Positions 26,561 through 40,089 of a stretch of 64,000 nucleotides of DNA are shown here, piece after piece (positions within the stretch are counted from its first letter, which is position 1; each line of letters opens with the position of its first letter). Below the pieces are notes generated by a model. The model was not told the origin of the DNA. It saw only the letters and a program-made list of their open reading frames with translations, and did no database searches. The DNA is from Octopus sinensis (Eukaryota). The stretch spans positions 64,790,001 to 64,854,000 of the forward strand of contig NC_043001.1 in the NCBI RefSeq assembly GCF_006345805.1, given 5' to 3'. The translations under genes were made by a program, and so were the position numbers.

Positions 26561-29000
26561 AGTGAGATATTTGGTAAATGTAATAATCACAGCTATTAGT
26601 AAATGTATTTTAAAATATTATATCTCAATCTGACAAGTGTGATTGAGAAAGCTTAACAGCTAATGTTGAATATTAGCCTGAGAAAACAATTTTCCATTTT
26701 GCAATTCTCGAATGATTTCACACTGCTTTGCAACATTTTTGATGTACATGATTTCTGAGAAAGGTGGAAGCCCATTGTAGATACAAAGGGAGTTGCGAGG
26801 ACAGTAAATAGTGTGACTATTCAGTGGTTATTGAAGTGTGTCAGTCTCAAGCAGGATTCAAAATGGCTAATCGAAGCAACTGTTGTTTATGTCTCAGTTT
26901 TGTCAATCAAAATAACCCATAGTACCAGAACATCTAGATATTATTCATATAGAACAGTAAGAGGTAAGTCTTAGTTTAATTTTTTGCAATCCTAAAGATT
27001 CCGCTCATGCATTTACAGCAAATAAGGCACAAGGCCAGATTTTTAGATCGTGTAGGTGTATTTTTACCCACTCTAATGTTTACACATGTCCAGTTATACG
27101 TCACGAGTAGAGCAACAGACTCCAGTAATTGGAAAATTAGTGTCGACCAAGCAGAAAATATAGTCTACAAAGAAGTTTTGTAATCATAATGATATTATCA
27201 AAATTTCATAATTTAAATTAGAAAATTTGTGAGCTTTGAATGTATAAGAATAAAAAACAAATGTAAAATAGTGTAAACAACTAAAAGAAAAGTATATCTA
27301 AATAGCATTTTTTCTTAATGTTTTTTATGTCAAAGGAAGTTCTGGCTTTTGTTAGGAATGGTTCACATAACCTTTCATGATACAGGAGCTGGGAGCCTAT
27401 TCAGTTTGTGAGTGAATCATCATCATATGTCACTTAGTTGCAAACACATGTCACATAGCTGCAATAGAATCACCAACAATAATGTGATTTCTCTAAGACA
27501 TCATCCAGTAACCCTATCAAGTCCACTTACACATTTCTCAATACATACTGCTGTTATGACTTCCCTCCCTCATTGTATGCTTCCATCGTAGATTTGTTAG
27601 TATTGTTAATTCAGTGAAATGTTTCATAAATATAGTATACACAGCTATAAGTAAATGTATTACTTAGTAATCTGACAAGCGTAAGTGAGAAAAATTTAAA
27701 GTCAATAGCAATTTTTGAATGATTTCACAGTGATATACAACATTTTCTATATTCATGTTCTCTACGAAAGGTTGAAGCTTTAGTGAAATGTTTGGAAAGT
27801 ATAACCTTCATGGCTATTAGTAAATGAATTTTAATGCATTACTTCACAATCTGAGAAATGTGAGAAAAATTGAGTCACAAAACAACAAATTTTCATTTCA
27901 TCATTTTTGAATGAATTCACCCTGATTTGCAACATTTGTGATGTACATGCTTTCTGTGAAAGAGAAATGTTTGGTAAATACAATCTTCACAGCTATTAGT
28001 AAATATGTATTAACCTATTTATTCTCACTTTGACAAGCATAGGTGAGAAACATTCAAAGTCACAAATATGCAATATTTTTAGCCTGAGAAAACAATTTTT
28101 CATTTTGCCATTTTCAAATGATTTTATGCTGCTTTGCAACATTTTTGCTGTATATGTTTTCTGTAAAAGGTTGAAGCTTCAGGGAAATGTTTGATACATA
28201 TAATCTTCACAGCTATTTCTAAATGAATATAAACTCATTACATCTCAATCTGTTAGTGAGAAAAATTGAAAGTATATGCTGAGAAACCAACAATTTTCCA
28301 TTTCAAAATTTTCAAGTGATTTGACGCTGATTTACAAATTTTTGTTTTATATGATTTCTGAGAAAGGTGGAAGCTTCAGTGAAATATTTGGTAAACAAGA
28401 TCTTCACAGCTATTAGTAAACATATATCAATTAAGCCAATACTTCTCAATCTGAAGGGTATATATGAGGAAAATGGAAAGATAAAAATTTTGAATATTAG
28501 CCTGAGAAACCAGCGATTTTACTTTTCAAGATTTTCAAATGATTTTGCACTGATTTCTAACATTTTCGATATTAATGTTTTCTGAGAAAGGTTGAAGCTT
28601 CAGTGAGATATTTGGTAAATGTAATAATCACAGCTATTAGTAAATGTATTTTAAAATATTATATCTCAATCTGACAAGTGTGATTGAGAAAGCTTAACAG
28701 CTAATGTTGAATATTAGCCTGAGAAAACAATTTTCCATTTTGCAATTCTCGAATGATTTCACACTACTTTGCAACATTTTTGATGTACATGATTTCTGAG
28801 AAAGGTGGAAGCTTTAATAGAATGTTTGGTAAATGTAATCTTTTCATCTATTAGTAAATATATGTTAATTTACGCAATACTTCCTAATCTGATGGGTGTG
28901 AATGGAAAAATGGGAAGACTTTTCATTTACAAATTTTTTTTATGATTTCAGGCTGATTTACAGCATTTTTAATAATCCTCACAGGTATTAGTAGATGTAT
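26561..29000. repeat. Diverged ~180-225-bp tandem satellite-like array
   Basis: Unit landmark gtgaaat(a/g)tttggtaaa...cacagctattagtaaat at about 26561, 27612, 27781, 27961, 28180, 28378, 28602 and 28820. An orphan partial unit lies at about 24570. Confidence 0.85.
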
Positions 29001-29116
29001 ATTCACCCATTACTTCTCCATCTGAAGAGTATGAGAAAGACTGAAAGTCACCAATTTCGAAAATGAAACTCAGAAACATTAATTAGACTTGGAAACACAA
29101 ACCCTCACATGAATCA

Positions 29117-29370
29117 TAACCCAACCCTAATCCTAACACTAAACCTAACCCTAATCCTCGTCCCAAACCTGAACCTAAGCAGACTCCTAACAATAATTCT
29201 AACTCTAACTCTGCCTTAACCCTTACAACACCCTAACCTTAAACCTGACCTTTACCCTAAACCAAAATCTAAAGCAAAACCTAAACATAAACCTAACCTT
29301 AAAGTTAAAATTAAACCTAACCATAACAAAAAACCTAAAACTAAACTTAACCCTACACTTCATCCTACAC
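29117..29370 (+). repeat. Degenerate (CCCTAA)n telomere-like tract
   Basis: Imperfect aaccct/aaacct hexamer periodicity. Confidence 0.75.
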
Positions 29371-29900
29371 TGCCGATAGTTGTTGTTGACAAACAACGGC
29401 AGTAATTTTATTCAGCTGAATACACGTCATTGATTGGTTGAAATTACCAAAATATGACAACTTTAACATGAAATAACTTCGTAAATATCAGCTTTTCTCA
29501 AAAACGCTAAGAGTTAAAGATGTTTTATATGACACATTCTACCAGTGTCTGAAGTTTGAAAGTGTTTAGTTGCAAAAAATTATTTTTTAAATCTGTCGGT
29601 CAAAAGGTAAAGATCCACAAAACCAACAGTTGCTGGAAGGAAATTCCTTCGCATATTTTCGTATATACGAAGAAATCTTCAAAGAAGAAAAAAAAAAAAC
29701 TTGATCTTAGAAAAAAGTACTTTTTCGGAAACTTGTTCCCTGCTGAATATGAAAGATATAGTAATTATATTCATGCATGCATGCATATATACATACATAC
29801 ATGCATACATGCATGCATAAATGCATACATACATACATACATACATACATACATACATACATACATACATACATACATACATACATACATACATACATAC

Positions 29901-32056
29901 ATTCAAAGCAGGGATGGTAAAGAACTTCTTTGTGATTCACAAGAAATTCTGCGAAGGTGGCAAGAACACTTTGATGAATTTTTGAATCAGCAGTCTGTAG
30001 TTAGTGAGGATGTTCTCAATCTCATCCCTGGATTACCTGTGAAGGCAGCACTCGCAGAACCACCAGAGTTGGATGAAGTTGCAGTGGCTGTCTCAAGGAT
30101 GAATAATGGGAAGTCTCCGGGTATGGGTGGCATACATGCGGAGTTGTTACAGCATGGTGGTAACTTCTGTAGCAACTTCACTCTTTGTTTGGTAAGATAT
30201 GGGCTAGTGAATCTGTACCTGAGGATTGGAGAGATACAGTAATGGTGGTCTTGCATAAGGGAAAGGGCAACAGGAATGATTGTGGTAATTATAGGGGAAT
30301 ATCATTGCTTTCGTAGGAAAGGTTTTATGCAGGGTACTTCTGGATCATCTGCTGAAATATGTTGCAGATTGTGTTCTTCCAGAAAGTCAATCTAGCTTTC
30401 ATGTGGGACGTGGCACTGCTGATATGATCTTTTCAGCTAGACAGCTTCAGGAGAAGTGTGTGGTACAGGGTCTGGATTTGTATCAGGTTTTTGTCGATCT
30501 GACAAAAGCCTTTGATACCGTCAATAGAAAAGCATTGTGGAAAGTCCTCCAGCAACTTGGGTGTCCTGAAAAGTTCCTTGTTTTGGTTAGGTCTTTTCAT
30601 GAAGACATGAAGGGTAGGGTTAATGTTAGAGGGAAAATGTTGGAGCCTATTTCAATACAAAATGGAGTGAAACAGGGGGATATACTGGCACCAACCCTAT
30701 TTGCCATATATTTTGCAATAGTTTTCTGTATTGCATTCAGAAACTGTAGATATGGTGTTCACATCCATTATCAAATCTCTGGCAGCATATTTAATATCAG
30801 GCGCTTTGCTGCAAAAACAAAGGTATTTACCTCTATCATAAGAGACCTTTTGTATGCAGATGATTGTGATCTAGTAGCACACACAGAGATTGATATGCAA
30901 CACATTTTGAATGCATTCTCTGATGCTTGCACTGCCTTAGGATTGATAGTCAATCTCAAGAAAACTGTTGTCATGTACCAACCTGCCCCTGGCAAGCAGT
31001 ATAGTGTACCAAATATCTATGTGTATGGTAAACGACTTGATGTAGTTGCTCAGTTTGTCTACCTGGGAAGCACTGTTAATAGATATAGCAATTTGGATGA
31101 TGAAATTCCATATAGAATTAGGAAAGCAAGTGTTGCTTTCGGAAGGCTAGAAAGGTGCCTCTGGAGTCGGTGAGACATATGCAGAAAGACAAAGATAAAG
31201 GTGTACAAGGTGCTCCCTTCTCTTCTCTATGCCTGCAAAATGTAGGTCACATATCGATACCACCTTAAAGAACTGGAACGTTTCCATCAGATGTGTCTCA
31301 GACGAATCTATGGCATTAAGTGGGAGGACCGCATCAGTGATCTTGAAATATTGGAAGGCTCTCAGTGTGAAAGTATAGATACTCTTGTGTTAAAGCAAAG
31401 GCTCAGATGGAGTGGTCATCTGGTCAAGATGAATGATTCAAGGATGCCAAAACAACTCTTTTATGGAGAGTTAGCTAAATGAGAACGACCGCCACATAAA
31501 CAAAAAAAGAGGTATAAGGACTTGCTGAAGGCTCCTCTTAAGAGATGCTTGCATTTATCCTGACACATGGGAGGGCATAGCTATTGATCGTAGCAGATGG
31601 AGAAGGATTATGCACGAGGGGACAGCTACTTTTGAGAAATCTCGAGTTGCACATGAGAAAGTAAGTAGGGATGTCAGGAAGGGCATCACTGGTACACTTC
31701 CAGATGGGAAGGGTCTTCCTATGATGCTGTCATGCAGTGTCTGTGCAAGACCCTGTCTCAGTAAAGCTGAACTCAAGAGTCATCTTCGTAGTCATAAAGC
31801 GAGACAGATAAGTGACAACCTGGCCACTGGTGGTGGTGTTACACACCATACTAATCATATCTGTCAGGCATGTGGAAGAGAGTGGAATTCGGCAGGTGGA
31901 CTTAAACAACATGCAAAGGTACATAAAGCCCAGTTACAATTACAGACGGCTATTACCAGTAAAGGTTTCAGCTGCCAATTCTGTACATGACGTTGTAGAT
32001 CTTAGCACCAGTAACAGTTAAGCTTCATGCAATGGCCATTCTCGATAACGAGGGGG
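29901..32056 (+). mobile_element. RTE-BovB-type LINE, 5'-truncated, with C-terminal C2H2 fingers
   Basis: ORF 30403-31173 FVDLTKAFDTVNR...GVKQGDILAPTLF...LLYADDCDL. ORF 31610-31990 has two C-x2-C-x12-H-x3-H motifs. Frameshifts and stops separate the pieces. Confidence 0.92.
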
Positions 32057-32248
32057 CATGCATGTATGTATGTATGTATGTATGTATGTATGTATGTATG
32101 TATGTATGTATGTATGTATGTATGTAGGTATGTATGTAGGTATGTGGGTATATGGGTATGTAGGTATGTGGGTATATGGGTATGTATGTATGTATTAATG
32201 TATGTAGGTATGTGGGTATGTATGTATGTATGTAGGTAGGTAGGTAGA

Positions 32249-34527
32249 TAAGTTTCTTTATTGGCCACACAGGGCTGCACACAGATGGGACAAGTTACAA
32301 GGTAGAGCTTTTCTTTTGGGGGATGAAAAAAACAAAAAACAAAAGAAACAAAAAAAAGGTGGGGTGGCGTAGGTTTTCGATCAAGAGGGATTGTAAAAGG
32401 GAAGAAAAGAACAAAAAAAAAAAAATAAATAAAATAAAAAAGAAAAAAAAAAGGAAAAGGAACAAAAGAAAAGAACAAAAAAAAGGTGGGGTGGCGTAGG
32501 TTTTCGATCAAGAGGGATTGTAAAAGGGAAGAAAAGAACAAAAAAAAAAAAATAAATAAAATAAAAAAGAAAAAAAAAAGGAAAAGGAACAAAAGAAAAG
32601 AGAAATGGAAAAAGAAGAAAAAAGGGGAAGAGGAAAAAAAAACCGATCAATAGGGATCGTGTATCAGTGTTATGATATATGGTGTAAAGGGGAAAGCAAG
32701 TAAGACCACGGTACCCTTGGTCAATATTGTTATATGTTACCACATTTGTTTGCAAGTGGATAACCCTCTGTTTTCAATTTCTGGGTTCATAGGATTATGC
32801 TCAAGGTGGCTTCGTCATTCATACGTGCCATCCTTGCTACATTCACCCATCTTTTTTTAAAACATTCGCTAGACAAAACTTGCCTCTCTACTCTCACTTT
32901 CCTTTTGAAGTGGTACTTGAAGAAATTGATGAGAGGTTGACCAGAGAGGAAAGTGTTTGTCTCCAATCCTTTCAGACGCGTCCACCAGATACATTCTTTC
33001 GCCATAGCCACAAGGATGATGAAAATAGCTCTTGCTTCCTGTTTGAAGGAAGGAGGCGTGACAATATTGACGATAGACTCAGCTGATAAACCGACTTGTC
33101 CCACACATGACAGCAGTTGTTTGACATAAGCTCACAGGTCGGAAATTGTTGGACACTGCATGAGTGCGTGCAGAACAGGCGGGTCAGGTATTCCTCGTCG
33201 ACGTCTAGGTTTGCCCTGGCTCGTCGTTGTACCTCCCCTCCACTAATCCCCTATAGAATGCTTTGGTTGTGATGGAGTCACTCAAGGGTGACCCAGGACG
33301 GCAGAGTTGCTTGAGAGCAACACGACACTCGCGGTGCCATTCGCCCTTCCTCGGCCTCTTTTTAATCCACGATTGCAGTTCGGTCATGGAGACGAGCTGC
33401 GGGAAAGCATGCCTCACAAACGGCAACCACACCTGTTCACCGTCGTCTACCAAGAGCCTGAGATGTTGCAGTCTCAGCGCGTGTCTGCGCATCATCAACC
33501 ACGGCATGCCCATTCCTCCTTTTAATGGGTGTTGACAGCAAATGGATCGCCTGACCATCGGGACGCATCCTTTCCACAAGAGGCGAAAGAGAATGCGTTC
33601 TAGTTTGGTGATGGTAGAGTCGGGACAAGGCACGACGGTCAGGCGGTAGTAGATGACGGACGCGATGTACGTGTTCGCCACCTCCAACCGACCTTTTAGG
33701 GACAGTTTCCTCTCGGCCCATTGCCGGGTGAGAGTGACCACCCTACTCGTTATCTCGTTCCAATTCTTCTCCACTTGGAGGTCCGGTCTGAACCAGACCC
33801 CGAGCAACTCGACTGGGCCGTTGGTCCAGCGTCCCACGACGGAGGCGCTGGTGGACGGCATGGGCTTGCTTCTCCAGGTGCCTAGTCGCAAGCCCACTGA
33901 CTTTTCCCGGTTGATTTTCGCTCCTGTCACCCCTTTGTAGTTTTTCAGTGTCTCGCCGACCTGCTCGATGTGCTCGTGGCTAGACACTATGACGGTGACA
34001 TCATCCGCGTATGCAGACACGCTCGTCCCGCATCCCAGTTCTCACGGGATGCCCCTCAAAGTTGCCAGCTTCCGCAATAATGGCTCGAGAGTCAATCTGT
34101 ATAGAAGCGACGAGAGGGGGCATCCCTGACGGACCGAACGTGCGATGTCGAAAGGTCTCGATAGATGTCCATTCACGCGAATTACCGAACGGATGCTTCT
34201 GTACAAAGCAGCTATCCAGCTGCGGAAGACGGGACCGAAGTCAGCCGCTCTGAGTATCGATGGTCCACCCTATTGAAAGCTTTTGATTGATCCAAATTGA
34301 TCAGCGCCCCACCCATGCCAGGTTCGTTAACTACCCTGTCTATGATATAGCGCATCAGGTGGAGGTTGTCGTGGATGGCCCGGCCCGGCAGGGCGCATGT
34401 TTGCGCCTTGTCGACTAGTTTCTCGATGACAAGCGCCAACCTCTTGGCTAGCACCTTGGCCAAAATTTTCAAGTCTGCATTAAGCAGAGTGATGGGCCTA
34501 AAGTTATCTATTACATTTCCCTTGATT
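32249..34527 (-). mobile_element. Tx1-clade (L1) LINE, 5'-truncated, relatively young
   Basis: NFRPITLLNADLKILAKVLAKRL...LDQSKAFNRVDH (34212-34527) and ORF 33205-34020 SAYADDVTV. Followed by a zf-RVT-like region and a T-rich 3' UTR. CpG-rich and more GC-rich than the flanks. Confidence 0.92.
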
Positions 34528-34738
34528 GTATATAGGTAGGTAGGTAATATGTAGATATGTTTGTGTGTATGTATGTATGTAGGTAAGTAGATAGGTTGGT
34601 ATGTAGGTATGTAGGTATGTATGTATGTAGGTATGTATGTGGGTATGTGCATATGTATGTGGGTATGTATGTATGCATGTATGTATATATGTATGTATGT
34701 AGGAATGTAGGTATTTATATAGGTATGTATGTATATGT

Positions 34739-36445
34739 TAGTTAGTTAATTTTTTGGCTCAAAAAGCAAAAAGCAAGGCCATGTAGGGGGACATAGAGTT
34801 AAGTACAGGGTGGTGTTCATGTAAAGAGTTCAGGCCACTTGAGGTCAAGGGAGACTTTGAACAAAGCGATCGTCAGCATCTTCACCATCTCGTCTGGCAG
34901 CTTGTTCCACGGATCCGCAACCCGGACGGAGAAAGCTCCTCTCCTTCGATTGAGATTAAATCGTCGCAGGTAGAGCGTTTCGGAATGACCCCGCAGCCGA
35001 CGCTCTGGAGCAGGAGTGAAGAACAGCTCTTTCGAGAGGTTACACTTTCCGCTTATGATGTTGTGAGCGAGAATGAGATCACCACGGCGGTGGCGTTTTT
35101 CTAGAGAATAAAGGTCGAGCGTCTTCAGCCTTTCCTCATAAGACAAATTCTTGAGACCATGAACCATGCGGATAGCCAGCTTCTGGACTCTTTCGAGATG
35201 CTGTATGTCTTTGAGGAGATAAGGAGAAGAGGCTTGAATCCCGTACTCCAATATGGGTCTCACCAGCGTGACATAGAGCGGTAGGAATATGGCTGCTGTG
35301 AGCATTCCGAATGACCGTCGAATCAAGAACAGAATTCCACGTGCTTTGTTGGCAGCATGGACGCACTGGGCCGAAGGTGAAAAGGAGGAATCCACCAAGA
35401 TACCCAGGTCCTTTACCTGATCGGTCCTCTCCAGCAGCAGACGACCCGGCTCGAAATCAAGTTGAGTTGCAGGAGGAGAGCCAACAGGCAGATGACAGCA
35501 CTTTGACATGTTCAGACACAGGTCCCATTCGTTAGACTACCTCTAAATTTGGTGGAGGCATCGACGAAGATCCTCTATATCACCGCGAGGAACGGCCAGT
35601 TTGACATCATCGGCAAATAGAAGGGTGTGTTGCGTGAGGTCATCGGGCAAGTCATTTATCAAGACTAAAAACAATAAGGGCCCAAGCACTGAACCTTGAG
35701 GCATGCCACTGCTCGCACTGGAGACGTCGGACCGCGAACCATTTACTTGGACTTGGAAGGAGCGATCGGAGAGGAAGGCACCGACCCATCGTACAATATC
35801 CGGATGGAAACTATATGCTTGAAGCTTGACAAGTAATAGTGGTTTACCGTGTCAAAAGCTTTGGCAAAATCCAATAAAACGATGTCAACAGCATCACAAT
35901 CATCGAGGATGCGCGTCACCAATTCTTCCATTACCAGTAAGTTGGTCAAGCATGATCTCTTCGGCACGAAGCCGTGTTGGGAATCAGAGATAGAGGCTGT
36001 GTTTTGGAGGTGGAGCATCATACTTTACTTAAGGATGGTTTCAAACATCTTGCTGATTATTGATGTAAGGGAAACCGGTCGGTAGTTAGGCGGGTCTTCG
36101 CGGCTCCCTTTCTTGAAAATTGGGCAGATTATCGCCGTTCTCCAGTCCGCAGGTATACCACCCGTCGCCAATGACATATTCAACAGACGTGTTAAGGGCT
36201 CACAGATGACCGGAGCCAATGCTTTGATAACCCATGGGTGTATGCCGTCATCTTGTTTGAAAAAGCCTCGGCAAATAATTGACTCTGTTGATAAGGGTCC
36301 TCAATCGATACGCCTGTTGAGTCTACCAACATTGCAATTTAATTGTTCAAGCGGGAATTCCGTTGGACATGGGCGAAGAAGGTTTTTGGATTGCTACTGG
36401 CGTTTGCCGCGATTTTGAAGCGTTCTTACTTTTCAATTTTCATGT
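34739..36445 (-). mobile_element. CR1-group LINE, 5'-truncated, relatively young
   Basis: WRTAIICPIFKKGSREDPPNYRPVSLTS, QHGFVPKRSCLTNLL, LDFAKAFDTV, and an uninterrupted 230-aa C-terminal ORF 34817-35509 (YVTLVRPILEYG). Confidence 0.92.
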
Positions 36446-39330
36446 TTGTAGGGAGGTAGGTAGGTTGGTATGTTGGTATGTATGTGGGTATGTATGTATG
36501 TATGTATGTATATGTGTGTGTGTGTATGTATGGATGTATGTAGTTATGTAGGTATGTGGGTATGTATGTATCTATGTATGTAGGTAGGTAGGTAGGTATG
36601 TATGTAGGTATGTATTTGGATATGTGGGTATGTAATTATGTATGCAGGTATGTAGGTATGTATGTAGGTATGTGGGTATGTATGTAGGCATGTGGGTATG
36701 TATGTATGTAGGTATATAGGTAAGTATGTAGGTATATGGGTATGTATGTATGTAGGTAAGTAGGTAGGTAGGTATGTTTGTAGGTATGTATGAGGGTATG
36801 TGGGTATGTATGTATGTATATAGGTATGACGTTATGCATGTACGTATATGGGTATGTATGTATAAAAGTATGTAGGTAGGTAGGTAGGTATGTATGTAGG
36901 TAGGTAGGTAGGTAGGTATGTATGTAGGTATGTATATGGGTATGTGGGTATGTCTGTATGTATGTAGGTAGGTAGGTTGGTAGGTAGGTATGTACATAGA
37001 TAGGTAAGTAGGTAGGTAGGAATGTAGGTATGTAAGTGGGTATGTATGTCTGTATGTAGGTAGGTATGTAGGTATGTATGTGTGTATGTATGTATGTAGA
37101 TATGTATGTACGTATGTATATATGTATGTATGTAGGTAGGTAGGTATGTATGTAGTTATGTATGTGGGTATGTGGTTATGTATGTAAGTACGTATGTATG
37201 TATATATATATGTATGTATGTATGTATGTAGGTATGTATGTAGGTATGTGGGTATGTATGTTTGTATGTATGTATGTATGTATGCATGTATGTATGTAGG
37301 TAAGTAGGTAGGTATGTAGGTATGTCTGTATGTATGTACGTATGTATGTAGGTATGTGGGTGTGTATGTATGTATGTATGTAAGTAGGAAGCTAGGTTGG
37401 TAGGTATGTATGTGGGTATGTATGTATGTAGGTAGGTAGGTATGTGTGTAGGTATGTTTCTGGGTAGTGGGTATGTATGTATGTATGTCAGCATGTAGGT
37501 AGGTAGGTTGGTAGGTAGGTATGTATGTAGTTATGTATGTGGGTATGTAAGTATGTATGTATGTATATATGTATGTATGTAGGTAGGTATATAGGTATGT
37601 TGGTATGTATGTATATATGTAGGTAGGTAGGTAGGTATATATGTAGGTATGTGGGTATGTATGTATGTATGTAGGTAGATAGGTAGGTAGGTATGTATGG
37701 ATGTATGTATGTATGTATGTATGCATGTGGGTATGTATGTATGTATGTAGGTAGGTAGGTAGGTATGTAGGTATGTATGTCCGTATGTGGGTATGTTTGT
37801 ATGTATGTATGTAGGTAGGTATGTACGTAGGTAGATATGTGGGTATGTGGTTATGTATGTATGTAGGTAGGTAGGTATGTAGGTATGTATGTATGTATGT
37901 ATGTATCTATGTATGTATGTAGGTATATGGGTATGTATGTATGCATGACGGTAAAAGGTAGGTAGATAGATAGTTAGGTATGTAGGTATCTAGGTATGTA
38001 TGTAAGTATTTGGGTATGTATGTATGTATGTATGTAGTTAGGTAGGTATGTATGTAGGTATGTTTGTGGGTAGTGGGTATGTATGTATGTATGAGGGTAT
38101 GTATATATGTATGTATGTATGTATGTAGGTAGGTAGGTATGTATGTATGTATATATGTATGTAGGTAGGTTGGTAAGGATGTAAAAAGGTATGTTTGTGG
38201 GTATGTATGTATGTATGTATGAAGGAGGTTAGGTAGGTATGTATGTTGGTATGTATGTGGGTATGTATTAGGTATGTATGTATGTAGGTATGTAAGTATG
38301 TATGTATGTATGTATGTAGGTATCTATGTGGGTATGTATGTATGTATCTAGGTATGTGGGTATGTCTGTATGTATGTAAGTAGGTATTATGTATGTAGGT
38401 ATGTATGTGTGTATGTATATATTTATGTATGTATGTATGGTTGTATGTATGTATGTAGGTATATTGGTATGTATGTATGTTTGTAGGTAGGTAGGATAGT
38501 AGGTATGTATGTAAGTAGGTATGTATGTGGGTATGTAGGTACGTATGTATGTATGTAGGTATGTATGTGGGTATGTGTGTATGTAGGTAGGTACATAGGT
38601 ATGTAGGTATTATGCATGTAGGTATGTATGTGAGTATGTATTTATGTAGGTACATATGTATGTATGTATTTATGTATGTATATTGGTAGGTAAGTAGGTA
38701 TATATGTATGTAGGTATGTACGTGGGTATGTGTGTATGTATGTATGTAGGTATGTATGTATGTATGTATGTAGGTATGTATATATGTAGGTATGTATGTA
38801 GGTATATATGTATGTATATATTTATGTATGTATGTAGGTATGTGGATATATATGTATGTATGTATGTAGGTTGGTGGGTATGTATGCATGTATGTATATA
38901 TGCATGTAGGTAGGTAGGTAGGTAGGTATGTAAAAAGGTATGTATGTATGTAGGTAGGTTGGTATTATGTATGTAGGTATGTATGTGGGTATGTATGTAT
39001 GTAGGTAGGTAGGTATGTAGTTACGTATGTGGGTATGCGGGTATGTATGTATTTATGTATCTATGTATGTATGTATGTAGGTATGTATGTATGTACGTAT
39101 GTATGTATGTATGTAGGTATATTTGTGTGTATGTAGGTAGGTAGGCAGTTAGGTAGGTATGTATGTAGGTATGTATGTGGGTATGTGGGTATCTATGTAT
39201 GTATGTAGGTACGTATGTAGGTATGTAGGTATGTATGTATGTAGCTAGGTACGTAGGTATGTAGGTATTATGTTTGTAGGTATGTATGTGGGTATGTATG
39301 TATGTATTTATGTAGGTATGTATGTATGTA
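36446..39330. repeat. ~2.9-kb compound tetranucleotide microsatellite (TATG/TAGG/TGGG)n
   Basis: Directly visible. Shorter tracts of the same motif lie at 29790-29900 (as CATA), 32057-32248 and 34528-34738. Confidence 0.97.
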
Positions 39331-39560
39331 TCTCCCTCATGCATCTTCCTCCCTCAACATCTATTCCATCTTTTTTTCATTCATTTAATAAATCTTAAAA
39401 TTGTACTCGTATTCTACTAGCATGCCATATATGGCACACTCATTATTTCAAAAACAAAACATTTCTCAGTTATATTTTCTGTGTGTCTGTGTAACATATA
39501 AAACACAACTATTAAGTTTTGTTCAAATTGGATAAAAAAAAAAGGATTCAGGAGAATATG

Positions 39561-39790
39561 GGTTAAGAGATAAGGTGATGGTTAGGGTGAGGGTGATATT
39601 TAGGTTTAGGGTTAATGTTAGGGTTAAGGTAGGGGTGAGGGTGAGGTTCACATTGAGTGTTAGGTTTAGAGTTAGTGTTAGTTTTTGAGTTAGGGGTAGA
39701 TTTGGAGCTAGATTTCAAGTGAGGTTTAGGGTTATGGTTAATGTTAGTGTTAGGTCTTCTTTGCGCTTTAGGGATAGGTTTAGGGTTAGC
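39561..39790 (-). repeat. Degenerate (TTAGGG)n telomere-like tract
   Basis: Imperfect ttaggg/ttaggt hexamers, opposite in orientation to 29117-29370. Confidence 0.75.
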
Positions 39791-40089
39791 ATTAATATTA
39801 TGGTCAGCGTTACAATATAAGGCTTAAATAAATATCAGAATTTGAAAATATTAGATGCTTTCCTCTTATGAGCTCATTCAACACTCAAATATACAAAATA
39901 TATGACATAATTCACTGAAGTCAGTCCCTTTTATATGTGGCACTCTTCAAACCAGTTTACACATAGTTAAAACATGATCACTGCAGGAACGAACTATCAT
40001 TGCAATTACTTACACAAAAGGTACAGTGCAGTGGGCTGCAGTTTGGTGACCCCTGGTATATATGAATTACTTGCTTTAGGCATCCTTAA

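Noticed and set aside
26561-29000. CRISPR-like array
   Set aside because: Whole units are homologous with no unique spacers, the context is eukaryotic, and there are no cas genes.
32350-32600. ~128-bp direct duplication in the Tx1 3' UTR
   Set aside because: It lies in homopolymer-rich sequence. Slippage or an assembly artefact is the simplest explanation.
36572-39344. Long H/T/Y/I/P-rich ORFs (up to 384 aa)
   Set aside because: They are translations of the (TATG/TAGG)n microsatellite, which lacks stops in some frames.
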